Origin: Cyanobacteria bacterium P01_G01_bin.54
GTDB taxonomy: Bacteria > Cyanobacteriota > Cyanobacteriia > Cyanobacteriales > Spirulinaceae
Assembly (NCBI GenBank): GCA_039180005.1
Contig: JBCDEB010000012.1
Span: 10,275 to 34,274, forward strand
Reading direction: 5' to 3'
DNA length: 24,000 nt
Numbering within the stretch: the first letter of the stretch is position 1; the number at the start of each line of letters is the position of its first letter. The translations under genes were made by a program, and so were the position numbers. This document shows, one piece after another, positions 23,611 through 24,000 of the stretch. Below the pieces are notes generated by a model. That model saw only the letters and a program-made list of their open reading frames with translations. It did no database searches and was not told where the DNA came from.

Positions 23611-23643
23611 TAGGTTGGGTAGAACAGAGTGAAACCCAACACA
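23611..23643 (+). repeat. Hairpin repeat, copy 2
   Basis: TAGGTTGGGTAGAACAGAGTGAAACCCAACACA. The arms are identical to copy 1 and the loop differs. It has the same orientation and lies 46 nt after the SRPBCC gene stop. Confidence 0.6.
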
Positions 23644-24000
23644 GTCAGCATTATATTAGGTTCGCTCTTTTATTACTGGACTTTAGACAAATAGTAAAAA
23701 AACACTATAGGTGGTGTAATTTAGTCGAGTGGTTTCCTCTAGATATAGCGTTTTGTCTAAACTCCAATTATTAATCCAATGCACAAATTAAGGTGTTTCA
23801 CAGCACTATAGATAGAGCTCTTTCACAAAAGAGATATGTCGGAGAAAGTAGCTTGAGGATCATTGGTGTCGTAAAAAGGTAGAGATGCTTGAGGTTTTCC
23901 CCAATTAATCATATCCAAGAAGTTGGATTGATGTTTTAGGTGTTACCCAATCTAAGTCTCTCTCTTTATATTCATTTTTGTGAATTATTGGTATGTATTT

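Overview
This is a cyanobacterial chromosomal window, judged from frequent HIP1 GCGATCGC palindromes, beta-carboxysome genes and form-IB RuBisCO genes. All family calls are by-eye motif recognition, because no database search or folding program could be run.

Layout:
- (i) 1-766: low-GC left edge carrying a 5'-partial Pfs/PNP-family nucleosidase gene.
- (ii) 767-4465 (-): an ndhF-ndhD pair of the specialised CO2-uptake NDH-1 type, with no cup gene after it.
- (iii) 4466-5226: AT-rich divergent control region.
- (iv) 5227-12418 (+): a contiguous carbon-concentrating super-locus, ccmK2-ccmK1-ccmL-ccmM-ccmN, a terminator, then rbcL-rbcX-rbcS.
- (v) 12536-17387: an accessory, defence-like islet. 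An antitoxin plus RelE/ParE toxin (+) converge on a 1121-aa MmeI-like type IIG restriction-modification fusion (-). That gene is preceded by a co-oriented CYTH-like (triphosphate tunnel) gene, and its target-recognition domain is a sharply AT-rich cassette.
- (vi) 17574-18599 (+): a DUF3179-type exported or membrane-anchored protein.
- (vii) 18779-22097 (-): an 882-aa Cys4 / degenerate-kinase / TM / PstS-like binding-domain fusion, followed by a 195-aa hypothetical.
- (viii) 22098-22842: non-coding region holding two tandem 128-bp modules (3 mismatches in 128 nt by my alignment). Each module is a multi-helix RNA fold ending in a strong minus-strand intrinsic terminator.
- (ix) 22843-23565 (+): a TM + SRPBCC protein flanked by two copies of a hairpin repeat.
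- (x) From about 23650: AT-rich, ORF-poor right edge.

The candidates I consider most likely to be new biology are the tandem RNA/terminator modules and the CYTH-like + type IIG pair with its mosaic specificity domain.
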